32,000 bases of DNA from Candidatus Brocadia sp. Its GTDB lineage: Bacteria; Planctomycetota; Brocadiia; Brocadiales; Brocadiaceae. The stretch spans positions 720,001 through 752,000 of the forward strand of contig CP091279.1 of the NCBI GenBank assembly GCA_021650915.1, written 5' to 3'. The position numbers were made by a program, and so were the translations under genes. How positions within the stretch are numbered: the first letter of the stretch is position 1; every line of letters begins with the position of its first letter. Below are positions 1 to 9,038 of this stretch, piece after piece. The notes under the pieces are model-generated. The model saw only the letters and a list, made by a program, of their open reading frames with translations. It searched no databases and was not told where the DNA came from.

Positions 1-590
1 TTGATCGCTTCTCGGATCGTCATCCTATCCCTTAATTAACAATCATCCTATTTTCACCCAGGCCTTTTTGTTTGCATACGACAGGGAAATGGATAATAGA
101 TATATGTCAAAGAGAAAAATACCATACCCCCCTCCCATCACACAAACAAAAATACACCCGCCTTTTTATTCGCTTTCAGCGTTAATAGACGTCAGTATTT
201 CCGTTTTTACAAAAATATTTTCAAGGCATCTTAGCCTTAGCATAAACATCATGATTATGGCTGCCTACGAATATTGTTCGGGCAATTTTTCCTTCATTAA
301 TTTGGCAAGTATTCCTATATTAATGTTAGACATATTCGACAATTTCGGTAACTTTCATGTCGTACTTATGTCGTACCTGATTATAAAAACGTATCATAAC
401 TGGTCAAAAGAGACAAGGGATAAATTGTCCTGGAAGTCCTGAGATTACAGGTTAGGTCAAAGAAAATAAAAAAACATCAAAATCCATAAAAAAGCCTTAG
501 TAATATTTTATTGATATTATATAAAGCAACGGTAAGATAATTGAAAAGAATTGTCCCAGAAACAATGCGGAAATGAGATCAGGAGGCGGC

Positions 591-650
591 ATGCCCGTTG
601 GAAAAATCGTTCACCCGGTAGTTGTTAGCCATACGTTCGGAATGCGGTAA
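591..650 (+). CDS. 19-codon upstream sORF (MPVGKIVHPVVVSHTFGMR); candidate leader or precursor peptide
   Basis: A perfect AGGAGG (581-586) lies 4 nt before the ATG at 591. The TAA stop at 648-650 is 3 nt before the ATG of the radical SAM ORF, which has no Shine-Dalgarno of its own. Too short to test for homology by eye. Confidence 0.25.
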   Translation: MPVGKIVHPVVVSHTFGMR

Positions 651-653
651 CTC

Positions 654-2219
654 ATGTCGGTGATTTTACTGGAACACCCACGTACAAAAAACCCAGAACG
701 GCTTGAGGAAGTGGTTAATGCCCCTCTCTCTGCCTGTCTCTTTACTGGCTATATTGCTTCTGTCTTGCGTAAAAACTTGATAGAAGTTGAAATCGTCAAT
801 GCCCATCTTTGCGACTGGTCGCTAGAGCAAACAGCCGTCTACCTCTCAAATAAATCCTTCCGGCTTCTGTGTGTTCATGCAAGATATCTGTGGGAAAGGA
901 CACAGGACGTTTTTGACTTGCTTTCAACCCTGAGATCTCTGGGGGCAACAGCGCATGTCAACCTCTATGGATACTATCCCACGTTTGCCTATAAAACGAT
1001 CCTCGGACATCTTCCGTTCATTGATTCTGTGACGGTTGGCGAACCTGAAATAACGACCCTTGACCTTGCGCGGTATCTCCTGTCGGAAAAGGATGTCTCT
1101 TCGGAAATGAATATTCCGGGACTCGCCTTCAGAGATAGGGAGGGAAAGGTTGTTTTTCATCCGCGTCCACCGAACAACGATTTGGATCAACTTCCTTTTC
1201 CAGATAGACAGGACATCACCCTTTGTCAGAAAAAGGGTATCGTGACGTATATCCAGGGAAGTCGTGGATGTTACGGGCAGTGCACCTTTTGTTACCTCAA
1301 TTCATTCTATGGGGAAATAAACCAATGGCGTGGCAGAAGCGCAAAAAATATCTTTGAGGAGATTTTTGCATTAAACACAAGACACGCCATTACAAACTTT
1401 TACTTTTCAGATGCTAATTTTTTTGGTCCCGGGAAAGCCGGCCAAGAACGCGCAGTCACCCTTGCAGAACTTATCCTCTCGAATGATCTGGAGATATGCT
1501 TTGGTTTTGAGTGCCGCGCAAATGATGTTGAGGAATATTCCATTTCAAGGCTTGTTATGGCAGGTCTTACCAACGTATTTCTGGGTTTGGAGAGCGGTGA
1601 TCAGGCGTCATTGAGGCGATTGAAAAAGCACATTACCGTTGATGAAAACAAAAGGGCTATCCAGTTGTTGCGAGGGTGTGGAATTGAGCCAACCTTTGGT
1701 TTTATCATGTTTGAACCGTATTCCACCCTGGAGAGTGTGCGAAACAATTTTGAATTTCTGAAGGAAATGAATGTCATGACCACTCCCGCCGTAACGGCCC
1801 ATCTGTTGCATCACCGGCAAACCCTTTTTCAGGGAACACCTGACTATCAGATGATGATACCTGACTCACCCTGTTCTGGTCATGGTGTCTTATGCTCAAC
1901 ATATGAAACCCGCTATACGATGAAAGATCAAAAAGTTGCGGCGTTTTCAGCGGTTATTACCCGGGTATGCAGCGAGGCATTATCGTTAATTCCAACAACT
2001 TTTGATTGTGCAACCAATACGCCTCAGGTAGAAAAGAAAAGTAGTGCGCTGGTATTGGATTCGTTAAATAGTATTCTAATCACAATGTTTGAAAAGACCC
2101 TCTTGCATTTTGAAACAAGCAAAAATTCGCCCCGTCAGGAAATAATTCAGGAAATGAGCGAAAGACTGACGAACGAAATAAAGACGCTGATGAAGGTCTC
2201 TTCCCTGGCGTCTCATTGA
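654..2219 (+). CDS. B12-binding-domain radical SAM protein
   Basis: 521-aa ORF. The N-terminal approx. 150 aa resemble a cobalamin-binding Rossmann-like domain (VILLEHP...). This is followed by the CxxxCxxC cluster motif GSRGCYGQCTFCY and a GLESG-type motif (FLGLESGD). Confidence 0.8.
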   Translation: MSVILLEHPRTKNPERLEEVVNAPLSACLFTGYIASVLRKNLIEVEIVNAHLCDWSLEQTAVYLSNKSFRLLCVHARYLWERTQDVFDLLSTLRSLGATAHVNLYGYYPTFAYKTILGHLPFIDSVTVGEPEITTLDLARYLLSEKDVSSEMNIPGLAFRDREGKVVFHPRPPNNDLDQLPFPDRQDITLCQKKGIVTYIQGSRGCYGQCTFCYLNSFYGEINQWRGRSAKNIFEEIFALNTRHAITNFYFSDANFFGPGKAGQERAVTLAELILSNDLEICFGFECRANDVEEYSISRLVMAGLTNVFLGLESGDQASLRRLKKHITVDENKRAIQLLRGCGIEPTFGFIMFEPYSTLESVRNNFEFLKEMNVMTTPAVTAHLLHHRQTLFQGTPDYQMMIPDSPCSGHGVLCSTYETRYTMKDQKVAAFSAVITRVCSEALSLIPTTFDCATNTPQVEKKSSALVLDSLNSILITMFEKTLLHFETSKNSPRQEIIQEMSERLTNEIKTLMKVSSLASH

Positions 2220-2270
2220 GTCTGTTGAATAAAGGGAATCAGTAAATTTCTCTTTGCGTTCATGATAGTT

Positions 2271-3116
2271 CTATAAAAAGTAAAAATTTCTAAAGAACTC
2301 TCCAAATGGGTGTCTGTAAATTGTATACTTTTTATTCGCCACCCGTGCTTGCATTTCTATCTCCTCGTCTAGATTGTCCCATGTTTGTTCGTAGTGTCCT
2401 TTTTCAGTAAACATCCTGACAATATGCATTCCTCGGTCAGGGCATACACGAGAAATATTCTTTATAATGTCTCGTGTGTTTTTGAGATTGAAGTTCAGAT
2501 ACTCAAATTCAATCCTTTCTGCCTTTGCAAAAGGGGAGAATACAGCCCTGGTGTCCGTTACTCCGGGTATAACTGGCGAATAATACGGTATGACGGAAAT
2601 GCCTGCGTCAAGGAGTACACAAACCGCCTTGTTTCGGTCTGAAAATGCCGGACTCTTGGGTTCCAATACTTCCTTAAAAGTATCGTTGAAATGATTCACG
2701 GTAAAATATATCTTTTTGCAAAATCCCTGGTTGAGTAAAGGAGTATAGTCCACAATAGCCGGGGAACGGGTGAGTATAATGTAAGAGACCCCGTGTTTGT
2801 TCAAAATTTCAAGAATCTTCCTGGTGAGCTGGAATTCCCTTTCCACAGGCTGAAAGCATTCTGTCGTGGAGCCAAGAAGGACGGTCTTTGGACATTTTTC
2901 TAAAATTTCCCTTTCAAGTAAACCGGGGGTGTTGATTCGGATGTCCACATAGTCCCCCCAGGGATCCTTTCTTTTCCCGGTTACCTTATTCGATCGTACA
3001 TAGCAATAGAGGCAAGCAAACTCGCAGCCCACATAGGGATTGATTACGTATTCCCCTAAATTTATGGATGTGGGATTGAGTATCCTGTTTGTCGTAATTT
3101 CATGAATTTCTGGCAT
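2271..3116 (-). CDS. radical SAM protein, SplB/COG1533-like (DNA photolyase-like family)
   Basis: 281-aa ORF with the N-terminal motif INPYVGCEFACLYCYV (CxxxCxxC). Size and layout are typical of the SPL-like radical SAM family. Confidence 0.75.
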   Translation of the reverse strand: MPEIHEITTNRILNPTSINLGEYVINPYVGCEFACLYCYVRSNKVTGKRKDPWGDYVDIRINTPGLLEREILEKCPKTVLLGSTTECFQPVEREFQLTRKILEILNKHGVSYIILTRSPAIVDYTPLLNQGFCKKIYFTVNHFNDTFKEVLEPKSPAFSDRNKAVCVLLDAGISVIPYYSPVIPGVTDTRAVFSPFAKAERIEFEYLNFNLKNTRDIIKNISRVCPDRGMHIVRMFTEKGHYEQTWDNLDEEIEMQARVANKKYTIYRHPFGEFFRNFYFL

Positions 3117-3250
3117 ATTTATGATAGCTCAGGGTGTTCCATGTACCACAATCATGATGAACGATTTTCAATGTAGAGCGACGAGCCTCGCTGCTCTACA
3201 ACCTCATTTTCTCTTCTTTTCCTTTTTCTCTGTGCCCGTTGTGTCTTTGT

Positions 3251-3290
3251 GGTGGATTAGCTGGTAGGAAGGAGGCGAATCGCCTCCAAC
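3251..3290 (+). repeat. REP-like GTAG-leader hairpin (ggtggattagctGGTAGGaaGGAGGCGaatCGCCTCC)
   Basis: GTAGG leader at 3264-3268, followed by a perfect 7-bp stem / 3-nt loop hairpin at 3271-3287. Same layout as the repeat families in the 9-20 kb array. Confidence 0.5.
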
Positions 3291-3298
3291 CCCCAATC

Positions 3299-5259
3299 GT
3301 CGCCAGATACTTTGGACAACGTGACAAAGTATCCTTTTAAACCATACGGCTTTCCCGTAGTTAGCGACCCCATAATGTTGCTCTGGAGCAGAGAAAAGTA
3401 AACTATCATGCCTTTGCACGTGCCTTAAGAAATTCTCTTTCAAATGAGAGTAACCCCATCTTAAAGAATCGGTGTACCGGGAAACGTTTGTTGTCAGTTT
3501 TCCATTTTCTCGAAAACTTGAAACTTCTCAGTCTCATGCGTACCCAGCAGTCTAACGAACGATATACCGTTTGTACATTGCCCAGCCGAAAATAGTTGAC
3601 ATGTCCCCTTATGACAGGATTTAATGTATCAATGACGGCTTGCAGGTTGACGCCTTGTGTGCGTTTGGTGATGTCCCTGACGGCGTCCTTGAGTTTGTCC
3701 AGGGATTTCATGCTTATACCCTTGTTCTTGCCCATGAAATTATATCCAAGAAACCGGAAGCCTCGTTTGAAGTTGGTGAGCCTGGTTTTATCCTCGCGCA
3801 GCTTCATTTCAAGTTTCCCTTCAATGATTTCTTTGACGTACTGAAGGGCGGCAGGGAGTTCTTCTTTTGTTTTAGTCATGACAACGAAGTCATCGGCATA
3901 GCGGACAAATTTATATCCTGCCTTTTCAAGCTCCTTGTCGATGATGTCACCGATAAGGTTTGCAAGCAAGGGAGATATGACGCCTCCTTGCGGAGTGCCT
4001 TGATTTGTCTCATGCACGATGCCGTTCTCCATGACCCCTGCCTTGAGCATGTTCTCGATACTGTTCAAAACCCATCCGTCAGCGATTTTCTCACGCAAGG
4101 AGTTCATGATAAGCTTGTGAGGTATGGTGTCATAGAACGCCTTTATATCGGCGTCCAAAATGTTCCGATACCCTTGCTGCTTATACTGTTCAATCCGTTT
4201 GATAGCATCATGACAGCATCTGTTTGGACGAAATCCAAAGCTGTTATCTGAGAATTCTTTCTCGAATATTGGCTCTATGATTTGTCTGAACGCCTGCTGT
4301 ACTACCCTGTCCTTGACAATGGGAATGCCAAGAGGTCTCTTGTCATGCCTGCCTTTGGGAATGTAGCCCCTTAAGACGGGCGCAGGGTTGTATATGGCGG
4401 TTTTCAGTTCCCTGTGAATAGCTTGTAGATTATTCTCAAGGTCACTTTCAAACTGCTTAATACTTACCCTGTCGAGACCAGCCTTGCCTTTATTCTTCTT
4501 TACGTGCCCAAAAGCCGCATAAAGGTTTCTCAGACTGAATACCTTGTCTCTTAAAGAATGATACTTAAGCATCTCCCGATATGTTCCTTTTGATTGATTC
4601 CGGATAATAGACTTGTCAATCGTGTTTCCTGAGTCGAGATTCCTCCTGACAGAGGCAAAACAAGAGAGGCTCTTGCTACTACTTGCCCATGCAAAGAGTC
4701 TCTTTTCTCATGGAACGTATTCAATCTACCACCTTCATCAACTCCACCACGGTTATGCCCCTTCATTCCTGGTACACACCAGAAACTATTATGAGCACTG
4801 CTGACGACTTCAAAGACAGACCTGTGAGAGCCAGTCGTCCGTCACCATCTCATACAGCTTGGATTTCGGATTTCCCTTATACCTCGCTGTTAGGGAATTT
4901 CTTCCCAAGACGTAAGTCCTCCCCCGGTCATATGGATTACCCCTTTTCCCTTCGTGATGTATGTTCAAACGCATTATCCAGAGATGTTTTCACCAGGTCT
5001 TTTTTTTGACATCTCCAACAGGGACATTGTCAGTGCTTTACTGAGAAAGGGCAGTTGGCACGAACTAACACGCCATACTCATACACCCCAAAAGGTCGTC
5101 TGTACCTCGTACTCCGTCATACCCCTCACGGGAATACGCTATCCTTCTACGCATACGGATTGCTCCTCTGTATACGCATAGGTACAAACTTCTCTACGAG
5201 GATTTAGGCTCGCAGAGGTGATATTTTCAACCACTTAGGTATCCCATACTTCAAGGCAC
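3299..5259 (-). mobile_element. group II intron 1 (5' end fairly well placed, 3' end provisional)
   Basis: Contains the RT/maturase ORF. The 5' end on the minus strand reads GUGCCUUGAAG... and matches the 5' ends of the other intron copies. A short domain-V-like hairpin lies at 3340-3362 and a 9-bp hairpin at 3306-3333 downstream of the ORF. The 3' boundary is guessed from the terminal ...GGCGAC. Confidence 0.65.
3406..4572 (-). CDS. group II intron reverse transcriptase/maturase, no endonuclease domain
   Basis: 388 aa. RT blocks are present: RPLGIPIVKDRVVQQA, FGFRPNRCCHDA, PQGGVISPLLANL, and the catalytic YADDFVV. A maturase X-like tail follows (RGHVNYFRLGN). Confidence 0.9.
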   Translation of the reverse strand: MLKYHSLRDKVFSLRNLYAAFGHVKKNKGKAGLDRVSIKQFESDLENNLQAIHRELKTAIYNPAPVLRGYIPKGRHDKRPLGIPIVKDRVVQQAFRQIIEPIFEKEFSDNSFGFRPNRCCHDAIKRIEQYKQQGYRNILDADIKAFYDTIPHKLIMNSLREKIADGWVLNSIENMLKAGVMENGIVHETNQGTPQGGVISPLLANLIGDIIDKELEKAGYKFVRYADDFVVMTKTKEELPAALQYVKEIIEGKLEMKLREDKTRLTNFKRGFRFLGYNFMGKNKGISMKSLDKLKDAVRDITKRTQGVNLQAVIDTLNPVIRGHVNYFRLGNVQTVYRSLDCWVRMRLRSFKFSRKWKTDNKRFPVHRFFKMGLLSFEREFLKARAKA

Positions 5260-5261
5260 GC

Positions 5262-5326
5262 CCTTCTCCAATATTGAAGCGCTAAACGGACAGCTTAATG
5301 TGTGTTCTATTATGAGACGATTAATA
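5262..5326. repeat. left arm of a perfect 65-bp inverted repeat
   Basis: The reverse complement of 5262-5326 is identical to 6190-6254 (checked base by base). The arm ends 2 nt from the intron 1 5' end. Confidence 0.9.
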
Positions 5327-5372
5327 TAAGGTATAAAATAAAATGCAGACATTTATAGAATAAAGATAAAAA

Positions 5373-6189
5373 GGTTCTTCTCCCAATTAGTCAATAAGAA
5401 TTGAGAAGAAAATCCTTTAAATCATTGAAAAGAGTGGACATTTGGTGTTTCCTATAGATAGATATATACCGTTATAGAAACTATTTACAGGAGACCAGCA
5501 ATGTCCCCATTAAGTATATTACCATATTTTCCTTTTCAGCGGGTAAGAATTACGAAGCAAACTGTTTTTCCTGATGCTGAGATATCTCAGCTTACTGCCG
5601 TGCCCGATGAACGATTTCGCCCAATATGTCATGCGTGTGGCAGCAAAGCACAGCGCATTTACCGCCATGACAAACGATCTTTGCGGGATCTGAATCCTGG
5701 TTCAGTTCGCGTATGGATACATTGTTCGTATCGTAAGATAGCCTGTGAGCCATGCAATCGAATCGTAGTTGAAGACTTGGGTTTTTTTCAACCCTACAGT
5801 CGTGTTACGCATCGTTTAGCAGCGTATATTCACGAATTGTGTAAAGTGTTAGCCGTAACCGAAGTTGCAAAACATTTTGGAATTAACTGGAAAACCGTAA
5901 AAACCATCGATACGTTTTTTCTGGAACGACAATACGCGCAGACAGATTATCAGAATCTTCGCATACTGGCGGTAGACGAAATCTCTGTTAAGAAGGGACA
6001 GCGCTATTTGACCGTTGTTCTGGACTATCTGAGTGGCCGCGTAGTCTGGGTGGGAAAGGAAAGAACAAAAGAAACCCTGGGAACCTTCTTTGCGGGTATG
6101 ACAGAGGAACAAAGGCAGGCGCTTGAGGCCATTGCCATGGATATGTGGGATCCTTATATTCATGCAGTAAAAAAGCACGTGCCTCATGT
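5373..6189 (+). mobile_element. ISL3-family insertion sequence, 3'-truncated
   Basis: The candidate left end GGTTCTTCTCC resembles ISL3-family termini (GGCTCTTC...). The transposase reading frame loses homology exactly at 6190, where the 65-bp repeat arm begins. Confidence 0.65.
5501..6189 (+). pseudogene. ISL3-family transposase, N-terminal approx. 230 aa only
   Basis: Zinc-finger-like CHACG...CEPCN and the ILAVDEISVKKGQRYLTVV and MDMWDPYIHAVKKHVP blocks are typical of IS204/IS1001/IS1165-type transposases. The remainder of the tracked ORF (to 6370) is unrelated read-through. Confidence 0.8.
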
Positions 6190-6254
6190 TATTAATCGTC
6201 TCATAATAGAACACACATTAAGCTGTCCGTTTAGCGCTTCAATATTGGAGAAGG
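6190..6254. repeat. right arm of the perfect 65-bp inverted repeat; part of a approx. 105-bp palindromic unit (6191-6295)
   Basis: Identical to the reverse complement of 5262-5326. Its outer end attaatcgtctcataat also pairs with aattatgagacccttaat at 6278-6295. Confidence 0.85.
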
Positions 6255-6293
6255 AAAGCATACGACGAATCAATACAATTATGAGACCCTTAA

Positions 6294-7592
6294 TATGTTC
6301 TCCACTTGTGTCGTCTCTCAGTCCTTCGCAAACCCTTCAAGCACAAAGCAATAGAGCGTCTATTCGATGATAAGTCAAAATATGTGCAGTTCAGGGATGA
6401 AATGGTAGATCGTTTTCTAATGGAACAGCACAAAAATTGGTTCAGTTTGCACCCAATTGTCCGCGAGATCGGTTTGCAGAAGTTAGCACTGTCTCCTGCG
6501 GATCTTCAACAAGCGCATAGTAGTGTTGCACCTTACTACACGCGTCACTTTGAGGCGAAACAGATCGTGGGTTGGGGAGCTTTAGGTGGTCACTTTGTCG
6601 AAGCACGCTATCATTTAACAAAAGCGGAGAAGGCAGAAGATTTAAGGGATATAGCTTCTCGATTTCAAAGTTATATATTTTCTACGTTGAGTGCGAGTTC
6701 TCCCATCCCCCATAACGCTGAGGAATTAGATGAACGTATCGCAGTTCTTTCTGCCATCCTTGAGTCGCCCGGTCCGAAAAGTCTAGAATATCACCTTGCC
6801 CGCTTGTTTTTGGCACGCAATCAGCGCAATGACCTCCGAAGAGGTCTACACCATGCCCACCGAGCAAAATCCAAAAGTGACAATGTGCAATCTTGGCTAT
6901 TATGCAGTGAAATACTGTCCAAGATGGGAAAGCACGAAGATGCAATAGAGGTACTGAAGCAAGGCATCAACCAGATACCTCCAAACAAAGCTCTGGTCGA
7001 TTTATATGATCGATGTGCTCGATTATTGACTCAATCTGGGCGATGCAATGAAGCAACTTGGACTCTGAATCGAGGTATTGATCGCATACCTCCTGATAAG
7101 GCTCTTGTCATATTGTATGACAACCTTGCCAGATTGTTAGCTCAAATGCAACGGTATAACGAAGCGATTACGATACTGAAGCAAGGCATTGACCGTATTC
7201 CGCCTGACAAAGCACTTGCCGTTTTGTACATTAGCTGTTGTGAGTTGCTTGTTCAGAAGGAAAGGTATGAAGAATCGCTTGCTATATTGAAACAAGGTGT
7301 CGCCTGCGTTCCTCCCAGTAAAGCCGCTGTCGATGTGTATTACCGTTACGGAGAGTTGTTAGCACAAAGAGGGCAATACTCAGATGCAATTGCCGTTCTG
7401 AAGCAGGGTATCGACCGTATTCCTCCCAATAAAGGGGTTTCGCTTATCTATGCTTTTTGTAGTGAGTTGCTGTTTGAAGGTGGTCAGCAGGAAGATGTGA
7501 ATGCCTTATTGAAGGAAGGCATTGATCGTGTTCCTCCTGATAAAGGAGTTGTGTCGATATATTTGAATTTTTGTAACACTTTAGTTCTTTGA
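6294..7592 (+). pseudogene. 5'-truncated STAND-NTPase-type C-terminal region with TPR-like repeats; 3' end also disrupted by an IS
   Basis: The frame opens right after the palindromic unit and has no credible start. A winged-helix-like segment (FSLHPIVREIGLQKL) is followed by helical repeats. The last repeat is cut by the IS TIR at 7573. Confidence 0.55.
6940..7572 (+). repeat. tandem 111-bp (37-aa) coding repeats, approx. 5.7 units
   Basis: The unit LKQGIDRIPPDKALxxLYxxxxxLLxQxxRYxEAIxx recurs at a 111-nt period (for example 6961, 7075, 7186). Confidence 0.8.
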
Positions 7593-8828
7593 AAAATTAA
7601 CAAGCGATTTTGCAAGCAAACCCAGAAGTCGTTTTCACCATAAGGGCATTTTTTGCGCTTGCCAGAAGATTTTCCACTGGATTGATTCTTTGTAATTCAG
7701 CAGAACGAAGCAGAGACATGAGGATGGCCTGTGTCTTAGCGCCATCCTCAGAGCGGTTCTGCTGTGAGACCTTTCTGGTCAATACTGGCTTTCGCATCTG
7801 TTGCTCAGCATGGTTATTATAGGGACTGACATCCTCATGTTCCAGGAACGTAAAGAGTTCCTTCGTCTGGCCATGATACCGATAGGTATTGCCCCGTTTT
7901 GCACTGCCTTTGGTTTTTCCTACACGGAGCCAATTAGCTGCCTGATAGCAAGTGCCTTGAAATCGCGCGGTATCAACAAAGGTCTCCGCCAAATACACGG
8001 GATGTCCGTAGACAGCTTCCCAGTCATCTGACAAACGCTTGAGGGCAAGGGATAATACCTTGGATGCAAGGTGTTTGACCGTAACCCAGGGGGGAATGAG
8101 GAATCGCACGTTACTGGCAATTAAATGCAAGTGGGTGCGTTTGGTGGTCTCATCCCATCCGATGAAACGGTCACGGTCTTTGACCTTCCATGCTGCGCTT
8201 GCCCATCCAAGACAGGCAACGACCTGATTGCCGATATGTACGATGTGCCTGACGTGTTCGCCAACAAGCCGGGGACATCCGAGGTAGTGGTAGTGATAGA
8301 GGAGATAACCCCAGAGGTAACTCTCTTGAGGGTCTTTTACCACCTGGATCGTCGGGATTTCATACCCGGTGATAGTGCCTCCCAGTGTGCTTTTGACAAA
8401 AAGGGGTATCTGATCAAATATCTTAGGTTTCAGATTGTTTTTTGGTCGTATGCGGCCTGGAAGCGCTACCAGGCCCTGTTCTTCCAATCGCAGAAGGAGG
8501 TCTCGTGCCGCGTATTCTTTCAGCTTGCCATTGGGCTGCACCCAGTTCCAACTTTTGCAAAGTTCACGGGAAATATAACTCCGCCCTTTGAGAAAATAAC
8601 TATCAATGAGCGCCTTGATAAAGGCTATATCGTCTGTATGCAGTTTCCGTGAACGGTATTGGAATAGTATAGGCTTCATAAACAGGTTCCTTTTCTCTGA
8701 AGCCTTTTATACCACAAAGGGAAAACTGACGCCAGCTTTTTTTGTATCTTAACGCCCTGATGGTTAAAACGCCTTCTGGGTTTGCTTATAAAATCGCTTG
8801 TTAATTTTTCAAAGAACTAAAGTGTTAC
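7573..8828 (-). mobile_element. IS66-like element bounded by 56-bp terminal inverted repeats
   Basis: 7573-7628 matches the reverse complement of 8773-8828 at 54 of 56 positions. The termini begin GTAA, as in IS66-family ends. No matching direct repeat flanks it (gaattttt versus ctgcaaat). Confidence 0.7.
7597..8679 (-). CDS. DUF4338-like protein fused in frame to an IS66-type transposase C-terminal segment
   Basis: The N-terminal approx. 275 aa (SRELCKSWNWVQPNGKLKEYAARDLLLRLEEQG ... CYQAANWLRVGKTKG) resemble DUF4338. The last approx. 80 aa (NNHAEQQMRKPVLTRKVSQQNRSEDGAKTQAILMSLLRSAELQRINP) resemble the IS66 C-terminal motif. The ORF ends inside the TIR. Confidence 0.6.
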   Translation of the reverse strand: MKPILFQYRSRKLHTDDIAFIKALIDSYFLKGRSYISRELCKSWNWVQPNGKLKEYAARDLLLRLEEQGLVALPGRIRPKNNLKPKIFDQIPLFVKSTLGGTITGYEIPTIQVVKDPQESYLWGYLLYHYHYLGCPRLVGEHVRHIVHIGNQVVACLGWASAAWKVKDRDRFIGWDETTKRTHLHLIASNVRFLIPPWVTVKHLASKVLSLALKRLSDDWEAVYGHPVYLAETFVDTARFQGTCYQAANWLRVGKTKGSAKRGNTYRYHGQTKELFTFLEHEDVSPYNNHAEQQMRKPVLTRKVSQQNRSEDGAKTQAILMSLLRSAELQRINPVENLLASAKNALMVKTTSGFACKIAC

Positions 8829-8843
8829 CTGCAAATTTTATTC

Positions 8844-8872
8844 TTGACAATTATTATCACATATGGCAATAT
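8844..8872 (+). promoter_or_regulatory. sigma70-type promoter candidate for the riboswitch transcript
   Basis: TTGACA (8844-8849), a 17-nt spacer, then CAATAT (8867-8872). Confidence 0.4.
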
Positions 8873-8914
8873 GCCCAGCCAAACGCCGTAATAGCCAGGG
8901 CTACAGAGAAAATA

Positions 8915-9030
8915 TTACGATAAGGGCAAACCCGGAGTGATCCGGGGACGCAAAGTAACAGGGTCTTTTGCAGGGGCGTACTCGTCTGCGTGCACCGCAC
9001 AGACAGATGACATGCGCCCTCTATAATCCC
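8915..9030 (+). promoter_or_regulatory. c-di-GMP-I (GEMM-I) riboswitch aptamer
   Basis: GGCAAACC-CGGA-GUGA-UCCG-GGGACGCAAAG-UAACAGGGUC (8924-8966) matches the two conserved GEMM-I blocks, which flank a hairpin capped by a GNRA tetraloop. A second long hairpin follows (AGGGGCG...CGCCCU). Confidence 0.7.
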
Positions 9031-9038
9031 AAAAAGAC

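Noticed and set aside
1-23. Possible start of a minus-strand gene running off the left edge (ATG at 23, reading MTIREAI...)
   Set aside because: Only 7 codons are visible, which is not enough to support a call.
68-442. 124-aa ORF in the AT-rich leader region
   Set aside because: - It has a TTG start and no ribosome-binding site.
- Its composition is low-complexity and AT-driven (runs of I, F, N, Y).
- It has no recognisable motif and is most likely non-coding intergenic DNA.
3172-3230. GC-rich hairpin tgtagagcg...cgctgctctaca followed by a T-rich tract, as a class-C-intron-style terminator target
   Set aside because: - It lies on the 3'-exon side of intron 1 and about 100 nt away, whereas class C introns insert just downstream of the hairpin.
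- No plus-strand gene ends nearby for it to terminate.
- Left uninterpreted.
3640-4251. 203-aa plus-strand ORF, and other ORFs opposite the three RT genes (for example 14944-15366 and 12827-13111)
   Set aside because: They are antisense shadows of RT ORFs that carry complete RT motif sets.
7597-8679. Druantia-type defence gene (DUF4338 is, as I recall, the domain of DruA)
   Set aside because: - The ORF is enclosed by 56-bp TIRs and fused to a transposase tail.
- There is no large DUF1998 helicase or any other dru gene nearby.
- The context is a mobile element, not a defence operon.
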